Shown here: positions 28,900-42,795 of the stretch, piece after piece
How positions within the stretch are numbered: position 1 is the stretch's first letter
Layout of the letters: every line of letters begins with the position of its first letter
Origin: an uncultured candidatus Porisulfidus sp.
Lineage (GTDB): Bacteria; Pseudomonadota; Gammaproteobacteria; Poriferisulfidales; Poriferisulfidaceae
Direction: 5' to 3'
Length of the DNA: 64,000 nucleotides
NCBI GenBank assembly: GCA_965204575.1
Contig: OZ241993.1
Span: 896,001 to 960,000, forward strand
Made by a program: the position numbers and the translations under genes
Notes under the pieces: generated by a model
Told to the model about the DNA's origin: nothing
Seen by the model: the letters and a program-made list of their open reading frames with translations, nothing else
Databases searched by the model: none

Positions 28900-29787
28900 T
28901 CAGTCCCTGTTTCTCAAGCCAAGGGCATGTAGCCAGGCATCAATTTGCCCGAATGCATCCTGCTGCCACTGATCGGGAGTCCTGCTTTGCAACGCACGGG
29001 TTCCCTCAACAAACTTTCTTACTGAAGTCGGTCCAAAACCATCGACCGTTTCGAACTTCTCGTCGATTGTCGTATAACTGTTTCTGCCATCTTCATGCTC
29101 CAGCATTGGTCTACAGGCTTTAGCCAGCGCGTTGGGGCCGCCTGGATAATTGCGGATACAGTAGTAGATATCGTAAGCATCTTTCATCTTCAGCCGATTG
29201 CCGAGCGCGAAGCCTTTCATCACAAGAAATGCGGGAATGGATGCGGCTGCGATGCGGACGCGGTTGATGCCGCCTTCGGGCATAGGGCCATCAATGTCAA
29301 TCATTTCAAAAAACTGCAAGGCGAGTTTGGCACCATCAGCTCTTTGGGCAGCGAAGCCGTCAATTAGTGGGGGCCGGTTTGGCACGATGTCAGCATCTTT
29401 TGGCATCAGGAAATCAACAACGATACTGATAGATGTGCCGCCATCTTTTGGCTGAATTCGCCGCACGAGTTGAAACTTCGCCCGCTTTTTATCCTGGGTA
29501 TAGCCATGTTCAATCAGATCGGTAAGCAACTCCACATATTCGCCATTGCCAAGCGCTTCCGCATCAAGGACAAGATCAGCATCGGTTGTGCCGACATGTT
29601 GCATGTCTTTGCTGTTGAGGAGCAACCAAGGGATCGCCCCACCTATGACTACGAATTTACCCCTGAAACTACCAAGAATCTGCCCGATCTCGACGAGGAC
29701 AGATTTCACCGCCTCGGTTGTGCGGTCGTCATAATCAGCTGCTGATAGCGGTTCGCCGTCACGGAGGTCATTGCGTTTTATTGCCAC
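28900..29787 (-). CDS. AbiEii-like nucleotidyltransferase toxin (type IV TA)
   Basis: VVIGGAIPWL, HVGTTDADL, VMKGFAL..R.KMKDAYDIYY. GTG start overlaps the upstream antitoxin. Confidence 0.8.
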   Translation of the reverse strand: MAIKRNDLRDGEPLSAADYDDRTTEAVKSVLVEIGQILGSFRGKFVVIGGAIPWLLLNSKDMQHVGTTDADLVLDAEALGNGEYVELLTDLIEHGYTQDKKRAKFQLVRRIQPKDGGTSISIVVDFLMPKDADIVPNRPPLIDGFAAQRADGAKLALQFFEMIDIDGPMPEGGINRVRIAAASIPAFLVMKGFALGNRLKMKDAYDIYYCIRNYPGGPNALAKACRPMLEHEDGRNSYTTIDEKFETVDGFGPTSVRKFVEGTRALQSRTPDQWQQDAFGQIDAWLHALGLRNRD

Positions 29788-30848
29788 GTCAGGACCTCTC
29801 GCCTCAAGTGCTCGGCTGCTTCCTCGCCTCGATCTCCGGAAATCCACAGATCAAGGTAGGTCTGGACCGGATTCGTGCAAACCACGTTTGGCATAGGCTC
29901 CACCGAGTTTGCAAGCAAGCCCTGATTCTTTAAGATGAGAACTTCGACGTTTTCTCCCTTGTCAACGAGAGACGCATCAAGCACATCCTTGATTCGGGCG
30001 GCTCCCTTCCTGTCAGCATAGAAGTAGTGGGTGCCTGTCCGGGCGTAAGGCGCAATCCAAAGTGCGGCCGAAAAAGACGCGAATGCGGTGTGGCAGTCAA
30101 ACAGCGGCGCCGAGAATATCTCTTTGGTGGCTTTCTCGAAGGCCGATCCATGGAGATGGGTATAAAACTTTTCGATGCTGCCGGACGGGCGGGAATAGAT
30201 TTCACGCCACGCGTTCAGCAGTGAATCAGGGTCGGCAAGAGCCATGCCGTCGTCCCCGATTTCCACCCACTTGCGTTCCAGCAACAATTTGCGGACGTTA
30301 CTGACCTGGCCGAGGCTGGATTCTGCGGCCTCGGCGAGTTCCGCTACCCGCCAGGTACGCTTCGAATCACTGAGCATGACGTGCAGGATTTCTGCTGCCT
30401 TCGGGCTGAACAGCGACTTCAGTGCTCGCTTCTCTGAGGCAGGCCGTCCCGGGACACTGACGTCGATCAGAATCCCTGGGGCCTGAAAGAATGCATTTCC
30501 ATGGAGGTCGAGATAGTTAATGCCATATTCGCCACAGATCTCGCGGGACTTTTCCGAGAGAAAAGGGGCGATCAGAACAGGCAACGCATCGATATCCATG
30601 CGAGCAATGGCATCGTGGAGTTGCAATGCGCCATGGTGTGCGTGGCGCGGTTCACCGTTGCTTTTCACCTCGCAGACAATCTTGTAGGGCTGGTTGAAGG
30701 CACGAATTGATACAAGAAAATCCACGTAGCGGTTAGTGCCGCTAACGCATGCCCCGGCGTCAATCTTGTCGACTTTAATTTCTGGATTACGGCTGAACAA
30801 GTTTTGCAAGCTCTCAACAGCCAGTGCCATGATGTCTATCTCTTTCAT
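29778..30848 (-). CDS. AbiEi-type antitoxin / transcriptional regulator (type IV TA)
   Basis: N-terminal restriction-endonuclease-like domain (VDFL...CEVK, INYLDLHGN), wHTH (LAEAAESSLGQVS), C-terminal PVQTYLDL..GDRGEEAAE. Confidence 0.8.
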   Translation of the reverse strand: MKEIDIMALAVESLQNLFSRNPEIKVDKIDAGACVSGTNRYVDFLVSIRAFNQPYKIVCEVKSNGEPRHAHHGALQLHDAIARMDIDALPVLIAPFLSEKSREICGEYGINYLDLHGNAFFQAPGILIDVSVPGRPASEKRALKSLFSPKAAEILHVMLSDSKRTWRVAELAEAAESSLGQVSNVRKLLLERKWVEIGDDGMALADPDSLLNAWREIYSRPSGSIEKFYTHLHGSAFEKATKEIFSAPLFDCHTAFASFSAALWIAPYARTGTHYFYADRKGAARIKDVLDASLVDKGENVEVLILKNQGLLANSVEPMPNVVCTNPVQTYLDLWISGDRGEEAAEHLRREVLTWQ

Positions 30849-30991
30849 CTAAAATTATCAATTCGGCGAACGTTGAAAACACATTATATAGCGAAAAGAG
30901 TAATAGACCAAATGCCGTAGGGCGTACTTAAATTAGCTTCTTTACGGGCAGAAGACCATCTACCCTGGATCAGTTGAAATTCAGGAATTGC

Positions 30992-32287
30992 TCAGGCAGA
31001 AGGTGCCTTTTCCCGATCCAGTTCTATCCCCTGCGACTGATGCAGCAGCACCTCTCCGACCGCGAACACCGAACCGAACACCACCACGGCCCCTTCCTGC
31101 CCGGCTCTTGAGGCCGCTTCCCGGTAGGCTTCCGTGATAGTGGGGTGGATATGCACTGCGGGCAGTTTGCAGGATTCCGCCAGCACCCGCAGGGTTTCCA
31201 GCGGGATGGTGCGGGGGGATTCCACTTCGCTCAGGTGCCAGCTTTCGACCAGCGGACTCAGTGGCCCCAGAATGTTTGCCACGTCCTTTTCCTGCAATGC
31301 GGAGAAGACCGCGTGCAGCGGTCGCCCGGGCCGGTAGCGGCGAAGGTTGCGGGCTAGGTTGATCGCCCCCTCCGGATTGTGCGCGATGTCCAGCACGGTA
31401 TCCACGGGTTTGCTCAGGACCTGGAAGCGTCCGGTCAGGCTGACGTCTTCGAGCGCGTGCCGAATGGTCTCCGGATCGAACCGTCCCAGATGGTGCAGCA
31501 CGGTCAGGGCGCTGGCCGCATTGTTCAGTTGCACCCTTCCGGGCAACTGAGGCGGGGTCGGCAGGTCCAGGCTGATGCCGTCGCGGTGGCGGTAGCGCCA
31601 GCGGTCGGAGCCGAGAGGCTCCGCGAAGAAGTCGCTGCCAATGCGCTGTAGTGGTGCGCCCAGGCGTCGGGCCTGATCTGACAAGCTGGCGGGGAGGTCG
31701 GGTTCTCCGCAGATCACGGGCCGCCCCGGGCGCATGATGCCGGCTTTTTCCCGCCCGATCGATTCCCGGGTCCGGCCCAGCCACTCGGTGTGGTCGATGC
31801 TGATGCTGGTAATCAGGGCGACGTCGGCGTCCCACAGGTTGACCGCGTCCATCCGCCCGCCAAGGCCGACCTCCAGGATCGCATAGTCGATCTCTCGCTC
31901 GCGAAAGACCGACAGGGTGGCGAGGGTGCCGTACTCGAAGAACGACAGGCTGGTGTCGCCGCGGGCCTGTTCCACCTGTTCGAAAGCACGGCACAATGAC
32001 GCATCGTCGACCTCCGCCCCGTCGATGCGGACGCGTTCGTTATAGCGAATGAAATGCGGCGAAGTATAGGCGCCGACCCGCCCGTGCGGGCGCAGCATGG
32101 CTTCCAACAGGGCCACGCTGGAGCCTTTCCCGTTGGTCCCGGCGACGGTGACGATCCGGAAATCGGGCGCTTCCAGCAGGTTCATGCGGCGGGCCACCAC
32201 CCGAATCCGTTCCAGCCCCAGGTCGATGCTGCTGGTGTGCAGCTGCTGCTGCCAATCGACCCACTCGGACAGGGAGGAGAATCGCAT
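30992..32287 (-). CDS. folC: Dihydrofolate synthase/folylpolyglutamate synthase
   Basis: VAGTNGKGS, YTSPH, LEVGLGGRMDAVN, DIAHNP. Confidence 0.97.
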   Translation of the reverse strand: MRFSSLSEWVDWQQQLHTSSIDLGLERIRVVARRMNLLEAPDFRIVTVAGTNGKGSSVALLEAMLRPHGRVGAYTSPHFIRYNERVRIDGAEVDDASLCRAFEQVEQARGDTSLSFFEYGTLATLSVFREREIDYAILEVGLGGRMDAVNLWDADVALITSISIDHTEWLGRTRESIGREKAGIMRPGRPVICGEPDLPASLSDQARRLGAPLQRIGSDFFAEPLGSDRWRYRHRDGISLDLPTPPQLPGRVQLNNAASALTVLHHLGRFDPETIRHALEDVSLTGRFQVLSKPVDTVLDIAHNPEGAINLARNLRRYRPGRPLHAVFSALQEKDVANILGPLSPLVESWHLSEVESPRTIPLETLRVLAESCKLPAVHIHPTITEAYREAASRAGQEGAVVVFGSVFAVGEVLLHQSQGIELDREKAPSA

Positions 32288-32321
32288 GGCGGGCACCGGG
32301 GGGAAGACCGAACGGCGAGAA

Positions 32322-33194
32322 CTACGCGTCCCGTGCGCGGGGCGAGCGGTTCATCATCAGGCGCAACAGGTCGGCGATCGTGTCGCGCATCTCGCCGCGC
32401 GGCACCAGCATGTCGATGGCGCCATGCTCCAGCAGGAATTCGCTGCGCTGGAAGCCTTCCGGCAGGGTCTCGCGCACGGTCTGTTCGATCACGCGCGGAC
32501 CGGCGAAGCCGATCAGCGCGCCGGGCTCCGCGATCTGGACATCGCCCAGCATGCCGAGCGAAGCCGAAACCCCGCCCATGGTGGGGTCGGTCAGCACCGA
32601 GATGTAGGGCAAGCGATTTTTCCGCATCCGGGCCAGCGCGGCGGCGGTCTTGGACATCTGGAACAGCGACACCAGCGCTTCCTGCATGCGCGCGCCCCCG
32701 CTGGTGGAGAAGCATACCAGCGGTATTCGCTCCTTCAGGCAGACGGCGGCCGCCTGCGCGAATTTCTCGCCGACGACCGAGCCCATGGAGCCGCCCATGA
32801 AGCCGAACTCGAACGCCGCGCAGACCAGCGGCATGCCGTGTAGTTGTCCCTGCATGACCACCAGGGCGTCCTTTTCCTTCGTGGCCTTCTGCGCCTGGCC
32901 GATGCGGTCCCGGTAACGCTTGCTGTCGCGGAACTTCAGAAAATCGCGGGGCGCAAGCCCGGCAATCAGTTCCTGCCGGGGTTGCTCGTCCAGGAACATC
33001 GCCAGACGTTCCCGGGCCGATACGCGCATATGGTGCCCGCATTTCGGGCAGACGTTCAGGTTGCGCTCCAGCTCGGACCGGTACAGCGGGGTGCCGCAGT
33101 TCGGGCACTGGATCCACAGGCCCTGCGGGACTTTCCGGGCGCTGCCGCTCTCGATCCGGATCTGGGGCGGCACCAGGCGCTTGTACCAACTCAC
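32322..33194 (-). CDS. accD: Acetyl-CoA carboxylase carboxyltransferase beta subunit
   Basis: Zn finger CPNC...[28 protein letters not shown]. True start is GTG at 33194 inside the longer called ORF. Confidence 0.96.
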   Translation of the reverse strand: MSWYKRLVPPQIRIESGSARKVPQGLWIQCPNCGTPLYRSELERNLNVCPKCGHHMRVSARERLAMFLDEQPRQELIAGLAPRDFLKFRDSKRYRDRIGQAQKATKEKDALVVMQGQLHGMPLVCAAFEFGFMGGSMGSVVGEKFAQAAAVCLKERIPLVCFSTSGGARMQEALVSLFQMSKTAAALARMRKNRLPYISVLTDPTMGGVSASLGMLGDVQIAEPGALIGFAGPRVIEQTVRETLPEGFQRSEFLLEHGAIDMLVPRGEMRDTIADLLRLMMNRSPRARDA

Positions 33195-34002
33195 GGGGTT
33201 CCTCCCGGACGGTCCGCGGTGTCGATGCCGGCACGCAGATCCTGCAGCAATTCGGTGGCGGCGGCGTGCGGGTCCGTCGCGGCCTGGATCCGGTCGATCA
33301 GCGCGCTGCCGACGACGACCGCGTCGGCCAGCTCCGCGGCGCGGGCCGCGGAATCCGCGTCCTTGATGCCGAACCCGATGCCGACGGGCAGGGTGGCGTG
33401 TGTGCGGATGCACTTCATACGTTCCGCCACGTCCTCCATATCCAGGCGATCCGCGCCGGTCGTCCCGCGCAGGGACACATAATAAAGAAACCCTTTCGCC
33501 TGGCCGCAGATCTGCCGGATCCGCGTCTCGGTCGTGGTCGGGGCGAGCAGGAAGATCTCGTCCAGTTCGTGGTCGATCAGGGCCTGCCGGATCGCATCCG
33601 CTTCCTCCGGGGGAAGGTCGACCACCAGCACCCCGTCGACGCCGGCTTGGGCGGCCTGCTCCGCGAAGGTGCCGACGCCCATGGCGACGATCGGGTTGGT
33701 GTAGCCCATCAGGATCAACGGCGTCTCCGCGTCGTCGTTCCGGAATCCAGCGGCCATGTCCAGCACGTCGCGCAGGCGGACCTGGTGCGCCAGCGCCCGC
33801 TCGCAGGCGGCCTGGATCACGGGCCCGTCGGCCATCGGGTCCGAGAACGGAACCCCGAGTTCGATCAGGTCGGCCCCGGCCTGCACCAGCGTGTGCAGCA
33901 GCGGCACGGTGGCGGCGGGCTCCGGGTCGCCCGCGGTCAGGTAGGGGACCAGTGCCGTGCGCCCGGTTTTCTGGAGTTGGGCGAAGCGCCCGGCGATGCG
34001 GC

Positions 34003-34006
<4 letters not shown>
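33191..34006 (-). CDS. trpA: Tryptophan synthase alpha chain
   Basis: [28 protein letters not shown]. Confidence 0.97.
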
Positions 34007-35206
<1,200 letters not shown>

Positions 35207-35220
<14 letters not shown>

Positions 35221-35830
35221 GGTTCACCTCCCGCATGAATGCCGCGATTTTTTCCGGGTCCTTGAGCCCGGGCGAAGCCTCGACGCCGCTGCTGACGTCC
35301 ACGCCCCAGGGACGGACTGCCCGGATCGCCTCGGCCACGTTCCCCGCCTCCAGGCCGCCCGCCAGAATCAGCGGCCGCGGGTCTTCGGAGCGAACCTTCG
35401 CCCAGTCGAAGGTCTTGCCCTGCCCGCCCGCCTCTCCCGATGCATGGCTGTCCAGCAGGAAGCCGTGCGCGTCGGGATAATGCTGCTGGTAATCGGCCAG
35501 GGCATCGGGTTCGTTCATGGGCACGGCCTTGATCCAGTGGCCTTCGAACCGGGCACACAAGTCCGGCGCTTCGCCGCCGTGATACTGCAGGCCGTCGAAC
35601 GGGATGGTTTCGATCAATTCGTCGAGGAACTGCGGGTCCGGGTCGAGCACGACCGCGTAGGCATCCATGAAAGGCGGCAGGATGTCGATGATCGAACAGG
35701 CGACGGCCGGTTCAACATTTCGCGGGCTGGGCTCGTGGAATACCAGCCCGATGGCGTCGGCGCCCGCTTCGGCGGCGAGCAGGGCGTCGGCCGGGTTCGT
35801 AATGCCGCAGATTTTGACACGGGTGCGCAT
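35207..35830 (-). CDS. trpF: Phosphoribosylanthranilate isomerase
   Basis: [22 protein letters not shown]. Confidence 0.96.
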
Positions 35831-35832
35831 GT

Positions 35833-36627
35833 TCAGGAGGGCAGGCTGTAATCCGGAGTCCACAGGGGCGGCGGGATGCCGCATTCAGGGGGATAGTTTA
35901 CGCGCATCAGGTACAGCCCGTCCGGCGGCGCGGTGATGCCGCCCGCCGTGCGGTCGCGCTGTTCCAGCAACTCGGCCAGCCATTCCGGGGGGTGTTCGCC
36001 GTGGCCGATGTCGATCAGGGAGCCGGCCAGGATTTTCACCATGTGGTGCAGGAAGCCGTCGGCCTCGACGTCGATGTGGACGAACGGTTCGCGGGCGGTG
36101 ACGTCCAGCCGGAAGAGAGTGCGCCGGGGATGGCGGGCCTGGCACTCCGCCGCCCGGAAGCTGGTGAAGTCGTGTTCGCCCAGCAGGGCCTGGGCGGCCT
36201 GGTGCATCCGTTCGACGTCCAGGGTCTTGGGAATCCGCGTGACCTTGCCGGCCAGCAGGCCCGCCGCGGCAGCGTCGCGCTGCAGGATGATGTAGCGGTA
36301 GTGGCGCCGGGTCGCGGAGTAGCGGGCATGGAAGTCGTCCGCGACCTTCCGCACCCAGGAGACGCTGACGGTGGGCGGCAGGTGTGCGCCCGCGCCCCGT
36401 TGCCAGGCGTGCAGGGAGCGGTCCGCGGTGGTGTCGAAATGAATGACCTGGCCGGCCGCATGCACCCCGGTGTCGGTGCGGCCGGCGACGGCGGTGCGGA
36501 TCGGGCGGTCGGCGACGGCGGAGAAGGCTTCCTCGACCGCATCCTGGACGCTCGGAGCGTGGCTTTGCCGCTGCCAGCCGTTGAAGCCGGCGCCGTCGTA
36601 TTCGAGACCGCAGGCCAGGCGGGGCAT
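35833..36627 (-). CDS. truA: tRNA pseudouridine(38-40) synthase
   Basis: YDGAGFNGWQ, AGRTDTGVHA, FLHHMV. Confidence 0.96.
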   Translation of the reverse strand: MPRLACGLEYDGAGFNGWQRQSHAPSVQDAVEEAFSAVADRPIRTAVAGRTDTGVHAAGQVIHFDTTADRSLHAWQRGAGAHLPPTVSVSWVRKVADDFHARYSATRRHYRYIILQRDAAAAGLLAGKVTRIPKTLDVERMHQAAQALLGEHDFTSFRAAECQARHPRRTLFRLDVTAREPFVHIDVEADGFLHHMVKILAGSLIDIGHGEHPPEWLAELLEQRDRTAGGITAPPDGLYLMRVNYPPECGIPPPLWTPDYSLPS

Positions 36628-36630
36628 GGG

Positions 36631-37910
36631 TCAGGACGAACCCATCCGGCTTTTCAGCCTCTCCGCCTCTTCGCGTTCTTGCTCCGTCCCCTCGGCCAGC
36701 ACCAGCCGGATCAGGGGGCGCGCCCGGTCGTATTCGTTCGCCTCGACGTGCGCGTGTGCCAAGTCCAGCGCGGAAGTGGCGCGCCGGGCAGGATCCTCGA
36801 TGTCGCCCACGCTCTCTCGAATGATCCGGGCCTGACGGGTGCGGCTCAGGGTCAATGCGAACAGATAGGTCAAGAGCAGAATCCCCGCAGCGGTGAGAAT
36901 TCCGGGCCACGGGAGGTCGGCTGCGACCTTCGCCGCGGTTCCTTCACCACCTGGCCCGTCCGCCAGTGGCACCAGGACTTTGGCCTCGATCTCCGCCATT
37001 GCCAGTGGCGCTTCGGTCTTTTCGGCCTCAGGTTCCGCTGGAGAGGCCTCGTCCGGTTCGATTTGCTCCGGTGCGGCCGGTTGGGCGGCGGTGGTCCCGG
37101 GTTCGGCTGGCTCGGCTTTCATCGGCTCAAGTGCGGACGGCTCTGCCGGATCCGGTTCAGGCGCGCTTGATTCGGGCGTTGCGGACTCGGCCTGCGTCTC
37201 AAGCGGCACAAGCTGCAGCCGCCGTTCCTGCAGGGTTGGGCTTTCGCGCAGGTCCGTCCCCTCCCGCCGCCACTTCCGCCACTGTTCGTTCTGGAACTGG
37301 ATCTCGTCGATCAACCACTGGCGGGACAGGTTCAGGCGCGCGATCTCGGCCTGGCTCGGAATGTACAGCCGGGCACCCGCCCGGATCAGGTTGATGTTGT
37401 CGTGGATGAAGGCGCCACGGTTGTACAGCTGGATTGCCAGCATCAGGGTGTAGGCGTCGACTTCCCGGGAGCGGGCCTGCTCCAGCGCGATCTCGAGCAG
37501 CGTGTCTCCCCAAACCACCTCGCGCGTCGTGCCGGTCGGGGCACACGGCGGCAGGTTCAGGGTGTGGAACGTGGGGGGGTCGTACCCTTCTCCGAGGACC
37601 AGCACCAGGTCGTTGGAGTGGGAAGGAAGCGGTTTCTCGCTGCGCACCTGGATCCGGTGCTCGCCGTTCTCCCGGACCCGTTCCAGCTGCGCCGAACCGA
37701 CCCAGGAAGGATAGGTTTTCTGGAGTTTCCGGTAGGTCGGCGGGGCTGCGACCTCGACGCGCAGTTGCTCCGGGTCGACCCCGGATTCCGTCGCCAGGCG
37801 AAGTGTCAGCAGGGCGGAGCAGTCCGGCTCGAAGTGGATTTCGGGCTGGCCCACCTCCAACGCCTGGGCCGGGGCGGCCAGGGCGGCCGCAATGAACAAA
37901 AACCGCGCGT

Positions 37911-37914
<4 letters not shown>
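36631..37914 (-). CDS. fimV: FimV/HubP-like polar landmark protein (short form)
   Basis: Signal peptide, LysM-like GDTLLEIA...NINLIRAGARLYIP, acidic Pro-rich linker, TM, C-terminal LDLAHAHVE...ARPLI. Lies between asd and truA. Confidence 0.8.
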
Positions 37915-38929
<1,015 letters not shown>

Positions 38930-38933
<4 letters not shown>

Positions 38934-40012
38934 GAGCCGAGGCGCCCCTCAAGCGCGCCGACCACCGCATCCCCCATCTGCGCCGTCCCGACGGCTTCGC
39001 CGCCGCCTGCGAGGTCGGCGGTCCGCAGTCCCTGTTCCAGCACGTCCCGCACGGCGCCTTCCACCGCGTCAGCGGCATCGGCCCGCTGCAGGGAATAGCG
39101 GAGCATCATGCCGACCGACAGGATCATCGCGAGCGGGTTGGCCTGGCCGGTGCCGGCCAGGTCGGGAGCCGAGCCGTGCACCGGTTCGTAGAGGCCTTGG
39201 CGCTTCTCGTTCAGGGATGCCGAGGGCAGCAGCCCGATCGACCCGGTCAGCTGGGCGGCAATGTCGGACAGGATGTCGCCGAACAGGTTGCCGGTCACCA
39301 TCACGTCGAACCGGGTGGGTTCGGCGATCAGCTGCATGGCGGCATTGTCCACGTACAGGTGCGACAGTTCGACGTCGGGGTACTCTCGTGCGATTTCGCC
39401 GACCACGGTCCGCCACAACTCCGAGACTTCAAGCACGTTCGCCTTGTCCACGGAGCAGACCCTCCGACTCCGCAGCTGGGCGGCCTGAAAGGCGCTGCGG
39501 GCGACACGCGAGATTTCATCCTCATCATAGACCATGGTGTTGACGCCGCGCCTGCGGCCGTCGTGCTCGGCCAGTGCGCGCGGTTCGCCGAAATAAAGCC
39601 CGCCGGTCAATTCGCGCACGATCAGGAGATCCAGCCCTTCCAGTTTTTCGGGCTTGAGGCTCGAGGCATGCGCCATGCCGGGCATCAGCGTCGCAGGGCG
39701 CAGGTTGGCGTACAGTCCCAGTCCCTTGCGCAGCCTGAGCAGGCCGGTCTCGGGGCGCAGCGCGCGGTCGGGAGTGTCGTAACGGGGCGCACCGACCGCC
39801 GCCAGCAGTACGGCGTCGGCATCGCGGGCAGCCTGCAGGGTGCTGGCCGGCAGGGGATCGCCCTGCGCATCGACCGCCGCCCCCCCGACCAGGGCTTCGT
39901 CCAGCTCCAGTTCGAGGCCGGCGTCGCGAACCAGGCAGTCGAGTACCTTGCGGGCCTCGGCCGTGATCTCCGGGCCGATGCCGTCGCCGGGCAGGATCAG
40001 GACGCGCGACAT
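38930..40012 (-). CDS. leuB: 3-isopropylmalate dehydrogenase
   Basis: [38 protein letters not shown]. Confidence 0.97.
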
Positions 40013-40665
40013 TACGGGTTGCCGAAGCGGTCGAACAGCCAGGGGGCGTGCGCCCGCCGTGCCGCTTCGAATTCGCGGATCCGGTCCGAGTGATGCAGGG
40101 TCAGCGCGATGTCGTCGAGCCCTTCGACCAGGCAGCGCTTGCGCTGCGGATCGATGTCGAACGACCAGGTCGCACCGGAATCCGCCGTCACCGTCTGTTC
40201 CGGCAGGTCGATGTCCAGCCGGTAGCCTTCGGTTTGTTCGACCTCCTCGACGAGCGTGCGCACGGCATCCTCCGGCAGCCGGATGGTCAGCAGGCCGTTT
40301 TTGGCGGCGTTGGTGTCGAAGATGTCCGCGAAACTCGGCGCGATGACGACCCGGAAACCGGCGTCCAGGAACGCCCAGACCGCGTGTTCGCGCGAGGAAC
40401 CGCAGCCGAAGTTGGCGCCGGTGACCAAAATGGAAGCCTCCCGGTAGCGGGACTGGTTCAGCACGAAATCCGGGTTGCGCGGGCGCCGGGAGTGGTCGCT
40501 CTCCAGGTCGCCGGGCGCCAGGTAGCGCCAGCTGTCGAACAGGTTCGGCCCGAACCCGGTCCGCTTGACCGACTTCAGGTACTGCTTGGGGATGATCACG
40601 TCGGTGTCGATGTTGCTCCGGTCAAGCGGCGCGACGATCCCGCGGTGGCGGACGAAAGGGGTCAT
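40012..40665 (-). CDS. leuD: 3-isopropylmalate dehydratase small subunit
   Basis: [24 protein letters not shown]. Start MTPF at 40665. Confidence 0.96.
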   Translation of the reverse strand: MTPFVRHRGIVAPLDRSNIDTDVIIPKQYLKSVKRTGFGPNLFDSWRYLAPGDLESDHSRRPRNPDFVLNQSRYREASILVTGANFGCGSSREHAVWAFLDAGFRVVIAPSFADIFDTNAAKNGLLTIRLPEDAVRTLVEEVEQTEGYRLDIDLPEQTVTADSGATWSFDIDPQRKRCLVEGLDDIALTLHHSDRIREFEAARRAHAPWLFDRFGNP

Positions 40666-42071
40666 GCCAGGTATTCCCGCACGTCGACGAAATGCCCGGC
40701 GCAGGCGGCCGCGGCAGCCATCGCCGGGCTGACCAGGTGGGTGCGCCCGCCCTCGCCCTGGCGGCCCTCGAAGTTGCGGTTGGAGGTGGCGGCGCAGCGC
40801 TCGCCGGGCTCCAGCCGGTCGGCGTTCATGGCCAGGCACATCGAACAGCCCGGTTCCCGCCATTCGAAGCCGGCCTCGGTAAAGATCCGGTCCAGCCCTT
40901 CCGATTCGGCCTGCGCCTTGACCCGCCCGGAGCCGGGGACGACCAGGGCTTGGCGGATATTGTCCGCGCAGTGCCGCCCGCGGACGACCGCGGCGGCTTC
41001 GCGCAGGTCCTCGATGCGGGCGTTGGTACAGGAACCGATAAAAATTCGATCCAGTTCAAGGCCGGTGACCGTTTCGCCGCCTTCCAGGCCCATGTAGTTC
41101 AGTGCGGCCTTCATGTCGTCGGCACGCGCAGAGTCTTCCGCCTCCTCGGGGCGGGGCACGGTCGCACCGACCGGCACGACCATCTCCGGCGACGTGCCCC
41201 AGGTGACCTGGGGAGCCAGCTCGCCGGCCTGCAGCACCACGGCACGCTCGAACACGGCATCGCCGTCCGAGCGCAGTTCGCGCCACCGCCGTTCGGCCTC
41301 TTCCCAGGCGGCGCCTTCGGGCGCATAGGTCCGCCCGCGAACGTATTCGAGGGTGACGTCGTCGACCGCGACCAGGCCGGAACGCGCGCCGGCCTCGATC
41401 GCCATGTTGCACAGGGTCATGCGGGACTCCATGCTCATGGCTTCCACCGCCTGTCCGGCGAATTCGATGGCGCAGCCGGTGCCGCCTGCCGCGCCGATGC
41501 TGCCGATCAGGGCGAGCGCCAGGTCCTTGGCGCCGACGCCGGGCGCGGCGCGGCCCTCGAGGCGCACCAGCATGTTGGCCGGCTTGCGCACCGGCAGGCA
41601 CTGGGTGGCCAGGACGTGCTCCACCTGCGAGGTGCCGATGCCGAACGCCAGCGTTGCCAGCGCACCGTGCGTGGAGGTGTGCGAGTCGCCGCAGACGACG
41701 GTCATGCCGGGCAGGGTGATGCCCTGCTCCGGGCCGATCACGTGCACGATGCCTTGGCGCGGGTCCCCCATCGGGAATTCCAGCAGGCCGTACTCGGCGC
41801 AGTTGGCGTCCAGGACCTCGACCTGGTGGCGCGAGACCGCATCGGGGATCTCCTCGAGATCCGGCTCGGTCGGAACGTTATGGTCGGCCACCGCAACGAT
41901 GCTGTCGGGTCGCCAGGGCGCACGGCCAGCCAGGCGCAGGCCCTCGAAGGCCTGCGGCGAAGTGACTTCGTGGACCAGCTGGCAGTCGATGTACAGCAGG
42001 GTGGTGCCGTCTTCGGCCGTCTGCACCGCGTGCTCGTCCCAAAGTTTGTCGTACAGGGTACGCCCGGACAT
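40662..42071 (-). CDS. leuC: 3-isopropylmalate dehydratase large subunit
   Basis: [45 protein letters not shown]. Confidence 0.98.
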   Translation of the reverse strand: MSGRTLYDKLWDEHAVQTAEDGTTLLYIDCQLVHEVTSPQAFEGLRLAGRAPWRPDSIVAVADHNVPTEPDLEEIPDAVSRHQVEVLDANCAEYGLLEFPMGDPRQGIVHVIGPEQGITLPGMTVVCGDSHTSTHGALATLAFGIGTSQVEHVLATQCLPVRKPANMLVRLEGRAAPGVGAKDLALALIGSIGAAGGTGCAIEFAGQAVEAMSMESRMTLCNMAIEAGARSGLVAVDDVTLEYVRGRTYAPEGAAWEEAERRWRELRSDGDAVFERAVVLQAGELAPQVTWGTSPEMVVPVGATVPRPEEAEDSARADDMKAALNYMGLEGGETVTGLELDRIFIGSCTNARIEDLREAAAVVRGRHCADNIRQALVVPGSGRVKAQAESEGLDRIFTEAGFEWREPGCSMCLAMNADRLEPGERCAATSNRNFEGRQGEGGRTHLVSPAMAAAAACAGHFVDVREYLA

Positions 42072-42192
42072 GGTCTGTTTTTCGCTCCGCGCCTAATGCA
42101 CGGCGATTATAGAGGACGGAGGGGGTTTAAGGGGTGTTTTTGGTGTGTGGTGTGGCGACCCGAAACGCCGCTTTTTTCGCCATTATTCTTCC

Positions 42193-42459
42193 TTACCGGT
42201 AAATTTCGCGCCGGTTGCCCACCTGCACGACGAGTACGCGCAAAGTGTCGTCCTGAATGTCGCAAATCACCCGGCAATCGCCCACCCGGTAACGCCAGAA
42301 ATTGCCAAGCGGGCCGGTCAATGCCTTACCCGTGCTACGTGGATTTTCCAATCCAGCAATGCGTCTGTCCATGAAATCGACGATGCGCCGTGCCGTCTGC
42401 TTGTCGAGCTTGCGGAGCTGCCTTTTAGCCGTATCGGCGTAATCAATCGTCCAAGCCAA
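42193..42459 (-). CDS. RelE/ParE-family toxin
   Basis: AKRQLRKLDK, NPRSTGKAL, WRYRVGDCRVIC, VGNRREIYR. Confidence 0.92.
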   Translation of the reverse strand: MAWTIDYADTAKRQLRKLDKQTARRIVDFMDRRIAGLENPRSTGKALTGPLGNFWRYRVGDCRVICDIQDDTLRVLVVQVGNRREIYR

Positions 42460-42670
42460 GGTCCTTCCTTACGTCAGCCGCCGAATGCACCTGTTCCTGT
42501 CCCTTGCGGATACGTTCCAACACGTCAGCGGCAAGGTAGTAGTCCTCCATCTCCTCAATGCCATGCTCGATGATTTCCCGCAGGTAGTAAGCCTTGGTGC
42601 GTCCGGTTTGCGAGGCGAGGTAGTCAAGCCTTTGCTCTGTTTCCGGGTTTAGGCGAATAGAAGTCGCCAT
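42443..42670 (-). CDS. RHH antitoxin (RelB-like)
   Basis: MATSIRL..LDYLASQTGRTKAYYLRE...EDYYLA. Overlaps the toxin gene. Confidence 0.9.
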   Translation of the reverse strand: MATSIRLNPETEQRLDYLASQTGRTKAYYLREIIEHGIEEMEDYYLAADVLERIRKGQEQVHSAADVRKDLGLDD

Positions 42671-42695
42671 GTCGCAGTCCCTCTCTTCAAGATTC

Positions 42696-42707
42696 AATAC
42701 ATGTATT
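42696..42707. promoter_or_regulatory. Palindromic operator candidate for the RelBE-like pair
   Basis: Perfect palindrome AATACATGTATT about 25 nt upstream of the antitoxin start. Confidence 0.55.
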
Positions 42708-42795
42708 CATTATATCACAAAATCGTCGCGAAAGGCTTCGGCCGAACTGGCAATGGAACATAAAAGAGGTTTGAATCATATATTTATATGCTTTC

